Of a DNA stretch of 64,000 nucleotides, positions 9,991 through 20,291 are shown in pieces (position 1 is the first letter of the stretch; each line of letters starts with the position of its first letter). The stretch covers positions 14,800-78,799 of the forward strand of contig JAPPLY010000056.1 of the NCBI GenBank assembly GCA_028819305.1. The letters run 5' to 3'. The notes beneath the pieces are model-generated. The model saw only the letters and a program-made list of their open reading frames with translations, was not told the origin of the DNA and made no database searches. Source of the stretch: Bdellovibrionales bacterium (GTDB taxonomy: Bacteria; Bdellovibrionota; Bdellovibrionia; Bdellovibrionales; UBA1609). A program made the translations under genes and the position numbers.

Positions 9991-11484
9991 ATGTTTAAAA
10001 AAATTATGATCGCCAATCGGGGGGAAATAGCCATTCGAGTTATTCGTGCTTGCTCAGAGTTAGGAGTAAAAACGGTAGCTGTATATTCTGAGGCTGATCG
10101 CAACAGTCTGCATGTTATGCTAGCAAGCGAAGCCTATTATATTGGACCGGCAGACAGCACTCTTTCCTACCTCAATATCAATAAAATCATTGAGACAGCC
10201 TTAAAAGCCCAAGTAGATGCTATTCACCCTGGGTACGGATTCTTAAGTGAAAATCATGAATTTGCTAGAGCTTGTGAGAAAGCGGGTATTCATTTTATAG
10301 GTCCTAAACCAGATATTATTGCCCGGATGGGGGACAAAATTAATTCTAGAAAATTTATGCAGTCTTTAGGTATCCCTGTCACACCTGGCACCAATTACCC
10401 CTTAAAAAGCCAAAAAGAAGCCATAGAGATGGGAAAACAGATAGGCTGGCCCGTTATGATAAAAGCCAGCGCCGGAGGGGGAGGAAAAGGCATCCGCCTG
10501 GTTTATAACAAAACAGAAATGGCACAAGCTTTTAAATCCTGTCAGTTAGAAGCAAAAAATTTTTTCGGTTCTGAAGATCTCTTCATAGAAAAGTTTATAC
10601 AAAATCCAAAGCATATAGAAATACAAATTTTAGCGGATCATTATGGAAATGTATTACATCTATTTGACCGAGAGTGTTCTGTTCAAAGAAGGCATCAAAA
10701 ATTAATTGAAGAATCCCCTAGTCCTACCTTACCACAGAAAATAAGAGAACAAATGGGAGCTTTAGCCGCTAAAGCCGCAAAAAAAATGGGATACACCAAT
10801 GCGGGTACTATTGAATTTATTTACGACTATAAAGAAAAAAAATTTTACTTCCTGGAAATGAATACAAGACTTCAGGTAGAACACCCTGTAACAGAACTGA
10901 TCACAGGAGTGGATCTGGTAAAAGAGCAAATTTTTATAACGGCTAATCACAAACTCAAATTAAAACAAGCAGATATAACACAAAAAGGGCATGCTATTGA
11001 ATTGAGGATCTGTGCAGAAGATCCAAAAACTTTTTTGCCCAGCCCTGGACGTATACGACGTTGTCGGATCCCGCAAGGCCCTTTCGTACGCGTGGATGGT
11101 TATTGCTATATGGGATATAAAGTGCCTGTTCACTATGACCCTATGATCGCTAAATTGATCTGCTGGGGAAAAGACCGCGAAGATTGCATCAATAAATTAC
11201 AAAGAGCTTTAGCGGAGTTTTCTCTTACGGGAATCAAAACCAATATACTTCTACATAAAAATATTTTATTACACAAACGTTTTTTAGATGGCACTTATAC
11301 TAACCACTTTATAGAAGAAGAAATCATTGGCAAAAATAGAAAAGAGTTTTCTAGTTTCGTAGATGAACGTGTTTTTTTAATCTCAGCAGCTATCATGGCC
11401 TATCGGCAACATAAAAAAAGATCTTTTGAAAACCCTTCCAGCCGATGGAAAGAAAAAGCACGAAGAGAAAATAGGAGGTTCTAA
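9991..11484 (+). CDS. accC: Biotin carboxylase subunit
   Basis: Starts MFKKIMIANRGEIAIRVIRA; ATP-grasp motifs GGGGKGIR and EMNTRLQVEHPVTE. Confidence 0.9.
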   Translation: MFKKIMIANRGEIAIRVIRACSELGVKTVAVYSEADRNSLHVMLASEAYYIGPADSTLSYLNINKIIETALKAQVDAIHPGYGFLSENHEFARACEKAGIHFIGPKPDIIARMGDKINSRKFMQSLGIPVTPGTNYPLKSQKEAIEMGKQIGWPVMIKASAGGGGKGIRLVYNKTEMAQAFKSCQLEAKNFFGSEDLFIEKFIQNPKHIEIQILADHYGNVLHLFDRECSVQRRHQKLIEESPSPTLPQKIREQMGALAAKAAKKMGYTNAGTIEFIYDYKEKKFYFLEMNTRLQVEHPVTELITGVDLVKEQIFITANHKLKLKQADITQKGHAIELRICAEDPKTFLPSPGRIRRCRIPQGPFVRVDGYCYMGYKVPVHYDPMIAKLICWGKDREDCINKLQRALAEFSLTGIKTNILLHKNILLHKRFLDGTYTNHFIEEEIIGKNRKEFSSFVDERVFLISAAIMAYRQHKKRSFENPSSRWKEKARRENRRF

Positions 11485-12014
11485 TGCTCCTTTTCGCTAA
11501 GATGAATAATAAAGAATATCAATTGGAAGTACGTGAAAGCACGCCAGAATGGGAAGTGATCTTAACGGAGATCAAAACCGAAAAAAAAGAAATCCATCGT
11601 CTTTCCAAAAAAGACTATCAGCAATTTGGAGAAGTTATCAGTCTTATTTTCAATCATCGGTCTTATTTAATTGATATTGTTATCCAAGGGGATGATTACA
11701 CTATTTTTACAAAAGGCTCACACCAAACTATCCAACTTTTAACAGAAGAACGGCTTCTTTATAATGAATTAGTGGGAATAGATTCTGAGACCAGAGGCAA
11801 TCTGATTAAAGCGGGAATGCCAGGGAAAATAGCGGAAATTCATGTAAAGAAGGAAGATATAATAAAAGAAGGAGACTTATTATTAGTGATAGAAGCCATG
11901 AAAATGGAAAATGAAATTCGTTCTGACCGGGATGGGAAAGTTAAAAAAGTTTATATCAAAGAAGGTCAAAATGTGGAGACAGGGGCCCATTTATTATCTA
12001 TTGATAACCTTTAA
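11484..12014 (+). CDS. Biotin carboxyl carrier protein
   Basis: C-terminal biotinyl-lysine motif EAMKMENEI; start overlaps the accC stop. Confidence 0.75.
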   Translation: MLLFAKMNNKEYQLEVRESTPEWEVILTEIKTEKKEIHRLSKKDYQQFGEVISLIFNHRSYLIDIVIQGDDYTIFTKGSHQTIQLLTEERLLYNELVGIDSETRGNLIKAGMPGKIAEIHVKKEDIIKEGDLLLVIEAMKMENEIRSDRDGKVKKVYIKEGQNVETGAHLLSIDNL

Positions 12015-12023
12015 TATAAAAAG

Positions 12024-12764
12024 TTAAGCTCTCTTCACTTCAAACAAACCCGTTAACCATATAGATAATTCATAAAGACCGATCAGCGGGAATAGTAATA
12101 AAAACAGACTGAGTATATCCGGCGGAGTAATAAAAGCCGATAAAATAGATAAGATCAAGACAGCTTGGCGACGATATTTCTTTAAAAAACCAGAGGATAT
12201 AATACCTCCTCGACAAAGAAAAACTAAAATTAAAGGCATTTCAAAAACAAAACCTAAAATCAAAATAAAGCGTATAATAAAAGATAAGTAGTTTTTAATA
12301 GTAATAAAAGGTTGATCTACCCCACTGCCAAAATTCATGAGCACGGAGAATATAATAGGAAACACCACAAAATAAGCAAAACAGGCGCCAAGCAAAAATA
12401 GGATCAGACCCATGAACCAAAAATATATAAACAATTTCCTTTCCTGTTTATAAAGACCTGGAGAAATAAAACACCAAAGCTGAGCCAACCAATAAGGACT
12501 AGACAAAAAAAGAGCAGCAAAAAAAGAAATTTGCAGATGAGCCATAAACTGATCTAAAGGAGCTGTAAAAATAAGCCCCCCACCTGTGCCTTTTAAAAAA
12601 GGCTTCAAAGGTTGGCGAAGAATATCTATCAAATCATCACTAAAAAACCAACAAACAGCAAAAAAAGGAATCAGACCTAAAAGACTTTTTAAAACTCTTA
12701 TTCGAAGCTCTATAAAGTGTTCCTGCAAAGAAAGCGATCTTTTTTTACTGTCTTTCACATTCAT
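12024..12764 (-). CDS. tatC: Twin-arginine translocase subunit TatC
   Basis: 246-aa six-TM ORF starting ...LSLQEHFIELRIRV, typical TatC N-terminus. Confidence 0.85.
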   Translation of the reverse strand: MNVKDSKKRSLSLQEHFIELRIRVLKSLLGLIPFFAVCWFFSDDLIDILRQPLKPFLKGTGGGLIFTAPLDQFMAHLQISFFAALFLSSPYWLAQLWCFISPGLYKQERKLFIYFWFMGLILFLLGACFAYFVVFPIIFSVLMNFGSGVDQPFITIKNYLSFIIRFILILGFVFEMPLILVFLCRGGIISSGFLKKYRRQAVLILSILSAFITPPDILSLFLLLFPLIGLYELSIWLTGLFEVKRA

Positions 12765-12794
12765 GATTTACGAGAAAAAACCACTTTTAGAGGT

Positions 12795-12995
12795 TTATAA
12801 TTTTTTTTCCTCAGAAGGAGCCTTTTTTTGATCTTCAAATAAACACCATTCTTTTTCCAATTTTTGAAAAAGACTCTTCATTTCGTAAATAAAGCGGGCC
12901 ATCAGTCGGGCCAATTTAGGAAGCTCCTTTGGACCTAATAAAAGCAAAGCCAAAAGAAATAAAAAAACGAGTTCTGTAAAGCCCAATCCCAACAT
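12795..12995 (-). CDS. tatA: Twin-arginine translocase TatA/TatB-family protein
   Basis: N-terminal TM helix followed by the LLLLGPKELP hinge. Confidence 0.75.
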   Translation of the reverse strand: MLGLGFTELVFLFLLALLLLGPKELPKLARLMARFIYEMKSLFQKLEKEWCLFEDQKKAPSEEKKL

Positions 12996-12998
12996 ATC

Positions 12999-13604
12999 TT
13001 AATGTGCCTGATTTTTCCAATCTTTTTTGAAAGGAATATGAATACCCTGGTTGATTAAGTCCTTAGCTACTTGAGTGGAACCTGTTTCCATGTATTGATC
13101 GAGTAAAGAAAGCATATCCTTATCTGTAGAATGTTTTTTTCGAATTTGAAATAAAACTATAACCAAATCCGAAAAACGCAGAGCTAACTCTTCAAATACA
13201 TCTCCATTTTGCTGAAAGTCAGATAAGCTTTGATAAGCTTGTCGGCCCATATTAATATAATAATCTATCGAAACCAGTTTTTTTTTCAAAGATTCTCTAA
13301 AAAAACCACTTATATAGAGACTTGTATCTCCCATTTGTTTTAAATTGCTTTTTAAAGAGGTTCCAGAGTGCTGACTATGCAAATATAACTCCGCCAGGGT
13401 TTTTACCTGCTTCTTTCCTGAAGTATTCAGTTCAGAAAAAAGATGATCAGAAAAAATATAGAATTGTAACAAATCAGATAGATAGTTTTTCACTGGCAGA
13501 GAAACGGAAACACCAGTTTTAACCAAACTTTCTTGCACCAAAGTATCAAAAAACTCCGAAGGTTTTTCCAAAAAAGTCTTTTGTGACATACTTTCATTGT
13601 ACAA
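12999..13604 (-). CDS. Hypothetical protein
   Basis: 201-aa ORF 3 nt upstream of tatA on the same strand; no recognisable motif. Confidence 0.4.
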   Translation of the reverse strand: MYNESMSQKTFLEKPSEFFDTLVQESLVKTGVSVSLPVKNYLSDLLQFYIFSDHLFSELNTSGKKQVKTLAELYLHSQHSGTSLKSNLKQMGDTSLYISGFFRESLKKKLVSIDYYINMGRQAYQSLSDFQQNGDVFEELALRFSDLVIVLFQIRKKHSTDKDMLSLLDQYMETGSTQVAKDLINQGIHIPFKKDWKNQAH

Positions 13605-13840
13605 AAAATAAGAAAAAAATGCAAATATCGCCCCTAAAGACTTGATTTTCGTTCTTTAGCCAGTAAAAATAAATTTAAAATAGGAATTTTAATTAAAAAA
13701 CTCTACCTTAAGTACAAATGAAAAACAACCGAGCTTTAAAATGAAGCTCTTATAAATTCCTATTTATAAAGTGGAGATTTAAAACTCCTCTTAAATTTCA
13801 ATAAAGAAAAACTTAATAACCGGTACAGGGAGAAAAATAT

Positions 13841-14503
13841 ATGAAAAAAAGAAAAAATATAAGACGTGCTCAACCCAGAAAACTCAATAAAAAAAAAGCG
13901 CCTCTTTCTATTCAAACAGAAGGGCAAAATACTTCTGGTGAATCTCTTTCCTTGCAAGAACCAACACAAAACCCGGATCTTCTTATCAAAAAAGAGCATG
14001 AGTTAAATCAAGCAGAACAAAAAAGAAAGGAGGAATACGCAGCCCTTAATACTAAATATCATTTTTTAATGGCGGAATACGCTAATTATAAAAAAAATAA
14101 TATAAAAAAACTAGAGTCCATAAGAAAGTACGAAGGCCAACACTTGATCTACAAAATACTGACTTCCGTAATAGATGACTTTGACCGCGCCGTAGAGCAA
14201 GAATTAACAGAGAAAAACCTACTTGATTTTAAAAAAGGTATTACAATGATTTATAATAAGTTAAAACAACTTTTAAAAGAAGTGGGTGTAAAAGAAATAG
14301 ATTGCACGGGGGCCCTTTTTGACCCTGCTATTCACTGTGCTGTAGATTCTGTCGTCAGCAAGGAGGTTCCACCCGAACATATTATTCATGTTATTAAGAA
14401 AGCTTACTTTTTTCATGACAAACTGATTCGTCCCGCGGAGGTGATTGTCTCTCAAAAAAGCCCTATAAAAACTCTGGAACAAAATAAAAATGTCAACGGA
14501 TAA
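13841..14503 (+). CDS. grpE: Nucleotide exchange factor GrpE
   Basis: Coiled N-terminal part and C-terminal GrpE pattern (FDPAIHCAV...VIKKAYFFHDKLIRPAEV). Confidence 0.85.
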   Translation: MKKRKNIRRAQPRKLNKKKAPLSIQTEGQNTSGESLSLQEPTQNPDLLIKKEHELNQAEQKRKEEYAALNTKYHFLMAEYANYKKNNIKKLESIRKYEGQHLIYKILTSVIDDFDRAVEQELTEKNLLDFKKGITMIYNKLKQLLKEVGVKEIDCTGALFDPAIHCAVDSVVSKEVPPEHIIHVIKKAYFFHDKLIRPAEVIVSQKSPIKTLEQNKNVNG

Positions 14504-15491
14504 TAAAAAAAATTACTATGAAATTTTAAAAATTTCTCCTCTGGCTAGCCCTTTCACAATTAAAAAATCCTATCAAAAGCTAGCCCGTATCTATCATCCT
14601 GATAAAAATCCCGGCAATCCTGATGCGGCAGAAACCTTTAAACAAATAAATGAAGCTTATCAAATACTCAGTGACACTTTTAAAAGAAAAGATTTTGATC
14701 GTCAAAGAGAACAAGAAAAACAAAAAGAAGAACAAAAAAAGCAAAAAGAAGCTTTTTCTCCTTTATATGAATCTTATCATTCTTATTCTCCTTTTAGGGC
14801 TCCATCGGAGCCCTCTTCCACTCCCTCCCATCCTAAAAAAGAAGAAGATCCTTTTTCCATAAAAGGTTTAAAAACTTACTTCAAAAAAACAAACCTTCCT
14901 TCCTCCGATCAAATACGTGGACAACTAGAAATATCTTTAGAAGAAGCTGCTCTCGGATGTAAAAAAACCGTTTCTTTGAATTTCACACAAAAAGAAATCT
15001 TTTGGGTTCACATTCCTCCAGGGACAAAAGAAAAACAAAATATAAAAATCCATAATCAAAATAGTAAGTTAAAAGAAGATATATATGTTTCCATCACATA
15101 TAAAAAACACCCTTTATTTACCTTAGAAAAAGAAAATATTTTAATGGATTTACCTATTTCCTTTACTAAAGCCATTTTAGGCGGAGAAGTGGAAATACCC
15201 ACTTTAGGGGGCCGGGTTTCTTTTCAGCTACCAGCCGGCACTCACGGGGGTGATGTAATTCAGTTAAAAGGTCAGGGATTCCCTGTTTCTTCTCCTCACA
15301 AAAAAAAGAGAGGGCACATGTTTATCTCCGTACTTATTGATATTCCTATTCATTTTTCAGAAGAAGAAAAAAAATGGATCCAAAATATACAAAAGAGAAA
15401 TCAATCCTGTCCAAAGGTAGCTGAATTCAGTATAAAAACAAAACTTCTTCTCAAAAAAAGAAAAAATCCCAATCGCTTTCCTGAAGAATGA
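14490..15491 (+). CDS. J-domain co-chaperone, CbpA-like (no zinc-finger region)
   Basis: J domain with YHPDKNP; DnaJ C-terminal substrate-binding-like domains; no CxxCxGxG repeats. Confidence 0.75.
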   Translation: MSTDNKKNYYEILKISPLASPFTIKKSYQKLARIYHPDKNPGNPDAAETFKQINEAYQILSDTFKRKDFDRQREQEKQKEEQKKQKEAFSPLYESYHSYSPFRAPSEPSSTPSHPKKEEDPFSIKGLKTYFKKTNLPSSDQIRGQLEISLEEAALGCKKTVSLNFTQKEIFWVHIPPGTKEKQNIKIHNQNSKLKEDIYVSITYKKHPLFTLEKENILMDLPISFTKAILGGEVEIPTLGGRVSFQLPAGTHGGDVIQLKGQGFPVSSPHKKKRGHMFISVLIDIPIHFSEEEKKWIQNIQKRNQSCPKVAEFSIKTKLLLKKRKNPNRFPEE

Positions 15492-17704
15492 GAAAAAGGC
15501 ATGATAAATATATATTCCTTTTTCCCCTTTTAAGAGAGCTTGCTTTCTTTAAGAAAAAGACCTATATAAGTAAGGATATTATGTTAACCTTTAGTATGAA
15601 AAATAGACCCATCCGATGGTTCCTCACCTTCCTAAAAACCCGGCTTTCTGGTTATCTTCTTGTTTTCGCCGCAGGAAAGAGAGAGGGTCTGAGGACGACC
15701 CCGTTTTCTACACCGATTCGGTATAAATGTTTTTTTTGTTTTTGTTTTCTTTTTCTTTCTTCTTGCACACTGCTCTCTAAAAAACACAAAGTGATACCTA
15801 TAAAAGAAAAAAAAATTTCTTCTACCAAAAAAAAAGAAACAAACACAGCAGAGTATCAATTAGTAAATAAAGCTATTAAAAACACAGCTTCCTCTTTTTT
15901 AACAAAAAAACAAATAAATCAATTACAGAAAATATTAAAAAAGAAAAAAAGTTTTGTTTCAAAAGATTTAATCAAAATGATTTTAGGCCGCCATTTCTTA
16001 AAAAAGAAGGCTTATAAAAAAGCCCTCTTTTATTATTCCCAAATACAGGTCTCTCCCTGGAAAATAAAAGCTCTTTTAAAACAAGCTCAAATTTACTATA
16101 AAATAAATAAGCTAAAAAAGGCTCTCACATTGATTCGGGCTATAAGAAAAGAAAAGGACCCTCCCCCTGACTTATTATTAGAGTCTCAACTACTAAAATT
16201 ATCTTTGGTTTTAAAAGAAAAAAACTCAAGCTCAAAAGAAATATTAGAAACTTATTGTTATATATTAAGTTATGAAACTAAAAAAAACCCTATTTACAGA
16301 GAACGAGCTAAGCAAATCATTTTTAAAATGAGTGAAAAAGATTTACTCGATCTTCATTCAGAAGATTTCATTGAACCTGTAAAAGATCTGATCTTCTTTC
16401 GCGCCGGAAAAATTTTATTTTTTAGAGAAAACTTTCGACAAGCTTATACTTTCTTTAAAAAATTTCTACGATCTTCTAAAGAGAGTTTCCTGGAAGAAAA
16501 AGCTCTTAAATATATTCAAGCTATTGAGTCAAGAAAAAAGGTAAATCGGAAACGGCTGGGAGCTATTTTACCTCTCAGCGGTCCTTCTGCAAATATAGGA
16601 AGGAGAAGTCTTAAGGGTTTAAAAATGGGATTAGGGTTACACACAGTTGACAATAGCCCTTTCGAATTAGTGGTTTTAGATAGTCAAGGACAAGCTGATA
16701 AAACAAAAAAAGCGGTTCAAATGCTTATCACAAAACATCATGTTATAGCTGTTATAGGTGGCGTATTGAGCAAAACGGCTTCTGTTTTAGCGCAAGAAGC
16801 TCAAAATTTTGGAGTGCCAACTTTACTTTTGTCACAAAAATCAAATCTAACCAAAAGGGGCCACTACATTTTTCAAAACGGCCTGACAGCGATTTTATTT
16901 GCTCATCAATTAACAGATTATTTAATTAATGAACTTCATTTCCGACGCTTTGCCATTTTATATCCTAATGACCCTTTTGGAGTGGATTATGCCAATGCCT
17001 TCTGGGATGCGGTAGAAAAAAAAGGAGGTAAAATCACAGGGGCGCAATTCTATAAACCAGGAGAAACCGACTTTAATGGCCCTATTAGAAGACTAACAGG
17101 TATCTATTATTTAGAAGATCGTATAAAAGAATATATGGATAAATTAAAAAATTGGTATATAAAAAAGTCTTATTTATCTAAAAGCCGGTCCTCGCCCCCG
17201 GAAAATGTTTTACCCCCTATAGTGGACTTTGAAGTCTTGTTTGTTCCCGACTCCATTAAAACACTGAGTCTTATAGCTCCTCATATTACTTATAACGATA
17301 TAAAAAATATCACATTAGCCGGACCATCTTTATGGAACCAAGAAAAAAAATTAAAAAAATATTCAAAATATGTTGATTATATCATTTTTGCCGACCCGGG
17401 CCTAAATACGAAACATTTTAAACAAACCGATTTTTACAAAAAGTTCCTTCGCACTTTTAACTATAAACCAGGACTTTTTGAAATCCTCTCTTATGAGTCT
17501 GCTCTCCTTCTTCGCCAAATGATTGCCAGTGGTGCCGACTCACGACATGAATTAAGAGATAAACTAAAAGATATTAAGAAATTTTATGGACCAATGGGAG
17601 AAATAGTAATTTCTAATGAAAGAGAGTTTATACGCCCTATGCCGATCTTTAAAATGGAAAAAGCTGTTTTATCACCTGTCACCACCCCCTCAAGCTCCCT
17701 ATGA
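15488..17704 (+). CDS. TPR plus type-1 periplasmic-binding-fold lipoprotein (LivK/LpoA-like); start uncertain
   Basis: Lipobox FLSSC about 95 aa into the ORF, TPR-like helical repeats, then a Leu/Ile/Val-binding-protein-like domain (LGAILPLSGPSANIG...VIAVIGGV). Confidence 0.6.
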   Translation: MRKRHDKYIFLFPLLRELAFFKKKTYISKDIMLTFSMKNRPIRWFLTFLKTRLSGYLLVFAAGKREGLRTTPFSTPIRYKCFFCFCFLFLSSCTLLSKKHKVIPIKEKKISSTKKKETNTAEYQLVNKAIKNTASSFLTKKQINQLQKILKKKKSFVSKDLIKMILGRHFLKKKAYKKALFYYSQIQVSPWKIKALLKQAQIYYKINKLKKALTLIRAIRKEKDPPPDLLLESQLLKLSLVLKEKNSSSKEILETYCYILSYETKKNPIYRERAKQIIFKMSEKDLLDLHSEDFIEPVKDLIFFRAGKILFFRENFRQAYTFFKKFLRSSKESFLEEKALKYIQAIESRKKVNRKRLGAILPLSGPSANIGRRSLKGLKMGLGLHTVDNSPFELVVLDSQGQADKTKKAVQMLITKHHVIAVIGGVLSKTASVLAQEAQNFGVPTLLLSQKSNLTKRGHYIFQNGLTAILFAHQLTDYLINELHFRRFAILYPNDPFGVDYANAFWDAVEKKGGKITGAQFYKPGETDFNGPIRRLTGIYYLEDRIKEYMDKLKNWYIKKSYLSKSRSSPPENVLPPIVDFEVLFVPDSIKTLSLIAPHITYNDIKNITLAGPSLWNQEKKLKKYSKYVDYIIFADPGLNTKHFKQTDFYKKFLRTFNYKPGLFEILSYESALLLRQMIASGADSRHELRDKLKDIKKFYGPMGEIVISNEREFIRPMPIFKMEKAVLSPVTTPSSSL

Positions 17705-17890
17705 AAAAGGCAATAAAAGCAGTCTATATCCAACTCTTTTTTTCTTCCGAAGGAAAAAAGACTCAGAAACATTCTGTTTTTCTATACCGGTTTAGTATAA
17801 CTGGACCTCCGATTATATTTTTACTACCTCTTTAAACTTTACTTAAAGCCTTTTTTTCCTCATCCGATAAAGAAAGAAAAAGGACACAAT

Positions 17891-20290
17891 ATGGAAAGCA
17901 AGATTCATATCCCACAAACTCTACCTCTTTTACCCGTACGAGATGCTGTCGTTTTTCCTTATATGCTCTTATCTCTTTACATTGGAAGAGATAGTTCAAA
18001 AAAAGCAATAGAAGAAGCTTTAAATAAAAGTCGTATTATTTTTCTATCCACTCAAAAAAATGCGGAAGAAGAAAGCTTATCTGCCAATTCTGTTTTTAAA
18101 ACAGGAACAGCTGGTATCATTTTAAGAATGCGCACCATGAAAGATGGAAGAATGAAAATCCTTGTACAAGGGCTATCCAGAGGCTTAATTCAAGATATGT
18201 ATGAAAAAAATTCCCATTATGAAGTACGCATTCAGGAAGCTCAAGATTTAGAAACAAGCGTTTTGTCCGAAAGTTCTCTACCTGTAATAAACAGGGTAAA
18301 AGACTCCCTTAAAACTATCACTGCTTTAGGAGGGCCCTTTTCCCCTGATCTACTTATGATTTTAGATGAAGTGAATCAACCTGGAAAACTAGCTGATTTG
18401 GTAACAGGACATTTTGAATTAAAAGTCCATGAAATGCAAAATATTTTGGAAACCCTTGATCCAGAGAAACGTTTAAATCAACTACAAAGAATTTTAAATA
18501 AAGAAGTAGAAATTATTCGTATGCAAAATAGAATAAAAAAAATGGTTAAAAATAATCTATCTAAATTTCCTAATGAACCTTCTCTACACAACCAAAGTCT
18601 ATCCTACAGTAACCCCACCGATCCTAAAGCTGAGGAAGTGCAAGAATTGATACAAAAAGTAAAATCAGCACAAATGCCAGAAAAAGCACAAAAAGAGGTT
18701 TTAAAACAAATTTCCAGAATGGAGAAAATGCATCCAGAATCAAGTGAAGCTTCTATGATTCGGGGCTATCTGGACTGGGTAATAGAGCTTCCATGGAATA
18801 AAAGTACAGAAGACAATTTAGATTTAGATCGAGCACGTAGTATTTTGGAAAAAGACCATTTTGGCTTAAATGAAGTAAAAGAAAGAATACTCGAGTTTCT
18901 CGCTGTCCGACAATTAAAAGTGGACTCTCAAGTAAAAGGGCCTATTTTATGTTTCGTCGGCCCTCCTGGAGTAGGAAAAACTTCTCTTGGAAAGAGTATA
19001 GCCACCGCAATGAAAAGAAAATATTACCGTGTAGCTTTAGGGGGAGTAAAAGATGAAGCTGAGATACGGGGTCACCGTCGCACTTATGTAGGATCTATGC
19101 CTGGAAAAATCATACAAGCTTTAAAACAAGTGCAATTTAATAATCCTATTTTAGTTTTAGATGAAGTTGATAAATTAGGCGCTGACTTCCGGGGGGATCC
19201 TTCGGCAGCCATGTTAGAAGTTTTGGACCCGGAGCAAAATTGTTCCTTCAGAGACCATTACTTAAATCTTAATTTTGATCTCAGTAAAGTAATGTTCATT
19301 GCTACAGCAAACTTAATTGAAAATATTCCCTATGCTTTAAGAGATCGTATGGAGATTATTACTCTGTCTGGCTACACCCCAACGGAAAAAGTGGAAATTA
19401 GCCAAAAGTATATTATAAACAAAGAAATGAAAAACCACGGAATCAATGAGTCCCATATTTCTTTTACAGAAAAAGGAATTAAATATCTTATTTCTCACTA
19501 TACGAAAGAAGCTGGACTGAGAAATCTTTCTCGAGAAGTAGGTTCTCTTTGCAGAAAAATAGCTAAAAAAGTAGTGATAGGAGATGCTCTTCAACAGTAT
19601 CTCATCACACCAAAAAAAATAACAGAGCTACTAGGACCTGCAAAATATCTAAAAGAATCACAGCTAAAAGAAAGCAAAATTGGAGTCAGCACAGGTTTAG
19701 CCTGGACACAAGCGGGAGGAGAGATCCTCTATGTAGAAGCCATCCGCATTAGTTCTTCTACAAACAAAGGCATTATTCTTACCGGCCAATTAGGAAAAGT
19801 CATGGAAGAATCGGCTCAAGCTGCTTATTCCTATATTCGCATGTATGCTGAAAAAATGGGGATCGCCAATCATTGGTTTAAAAAAAATGAAATCCATATT
19901 CACCTCCCAGCCGGGGCCACTCCCAAAGATGGTCCTTCTGCCGGTGTTACTTTAGCGACCACTCTTATTAGTTTAATAACAAATACTCCCGTCAGAAAAG
20001 ATATAGCTATGACAGGGGAAATCGGTCTCCAAGGACAAATTCTTCCGGTAGGAGGCATTAAAGAAAAATCTTTAGCCGCATTAAGTCATGGCATTGTGAA
20101 TGTCATTTTACCTCTAAAAAATAAAGCGGATATCGAAAATACCACCTCTAAAGACAGGACCCTAAAGGAACTGAGAGAAAAAATGAATTTTATTTTCGTA
20201 GAAAACCTGGATGAAGTTTTTGCTATCGCTTTAGAAAAAGAAAATACCAGGCAAGTTAGAAAAAAACCAGATATTTCTATGGCCTCCTAA
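17891..20290 (+). CDS. lon: ATP-dependent Lon protease
   Basis: Lon N domain, Walker A GPPGVGKTS, protease motif PKDGPSAG. Confidence 0.95.
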   Translation: MESKIHIPQTLPLLPVRDAVVFPYMLLSLYIGRDSSKKAIEEALNKSRIIFLSTQKNAEEESLSANSVFKTGTAGIILRMRTMKDGRMKILVQGLSRGLIQDMYEKNSHYEVRIQEAQDLETSVLSESSLPVINRVKDSLKTITALGGPFSPDLLMILDEVNQPGKLADLVTGHFELKVHEMQNILETLDPEKRLNQLQRILNKEVEIIRMQNRIKKMVKNNLSKFPNEPSLHNQSLSYSNPTDPKAEEVQELIQKVKSAQMPEKAQKEVLKQISRMEKMHPESSEASMIRGYLDWVIELPWNKSTEDNLDLDRARSILEKDHFGLNEVKERILEFLAVRQLKVDSQVKGPILCFVGPPGVGKTSLGKSIATAMKRKYYRVALGGVKDEAEIRGHRRTYVGSMPGKIIQALKQVQFNNPILVLDEVDKLGADFRGDPSAAMLEVLDPEQNCSFRDHYLNLNFDLSKVMFIATANLIENIPYALRDRMEIITLSGYTPTEKVEISQKYIINKEMKNHGINESHISFTEKGIKYLISHYTKEAGLRNLSREVGSLCRKIAKKVVIGDALQQYLITPKKITELLGPAKYLKESQLKESKIGVSTGLAWTQAGGEILYVEAIRISSSTNKGIILTGQLGKVMEESAQAAYSYIRMYAEKMGIANHWFKKNEIHIHLPAGATPKDGPSAGVTLATTLISLITNTPVRKDIAMTGEIGLQGQILPVGGIKEKSLAALSHGIVNVILPLKNKADIENTTSKDRTLKELREKMNFIFVENLDEVFAIALEKENTRQVRKKPDISMAS

Positions 20291-20291
20291 A

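Noticed and set aside
13605-13840. Heat-shock control element (CIRCE inverted repeat or sigma-32 promoter) upstream of grpE
   Set aside because: No TTAGCACTC-N9-GAGTGCTAA-like sequence is present. The only candidate (CTTGAT...CCAGTAAA) is a poor sigma-32 match. A 7-bp inverted repeat (CTAAAGA...TCTTTAG) is too short to interpret.
15672-15722. Possible third copy of the X-type repeat (shares TTCTACACCGAT and GACGACC with 41225-41295)
   Set aside because: The shared blocks are in inconsistent relative order and orientation compared with the X2/X3 alignment. It cannot be distinguished from chance 12-mer matches, so it is mentioned only as context for the start-site ambiguity.
15632-15859. Two overlapping minus-strand ORFs (75 and 64 aa) in the poly-A/T-rich 5' region of the lipoprotein gene
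   Set aside because: They are low-complexity Lys/Phe-rich translations of homopolymer-rich DNA, antisense to a supported gene.
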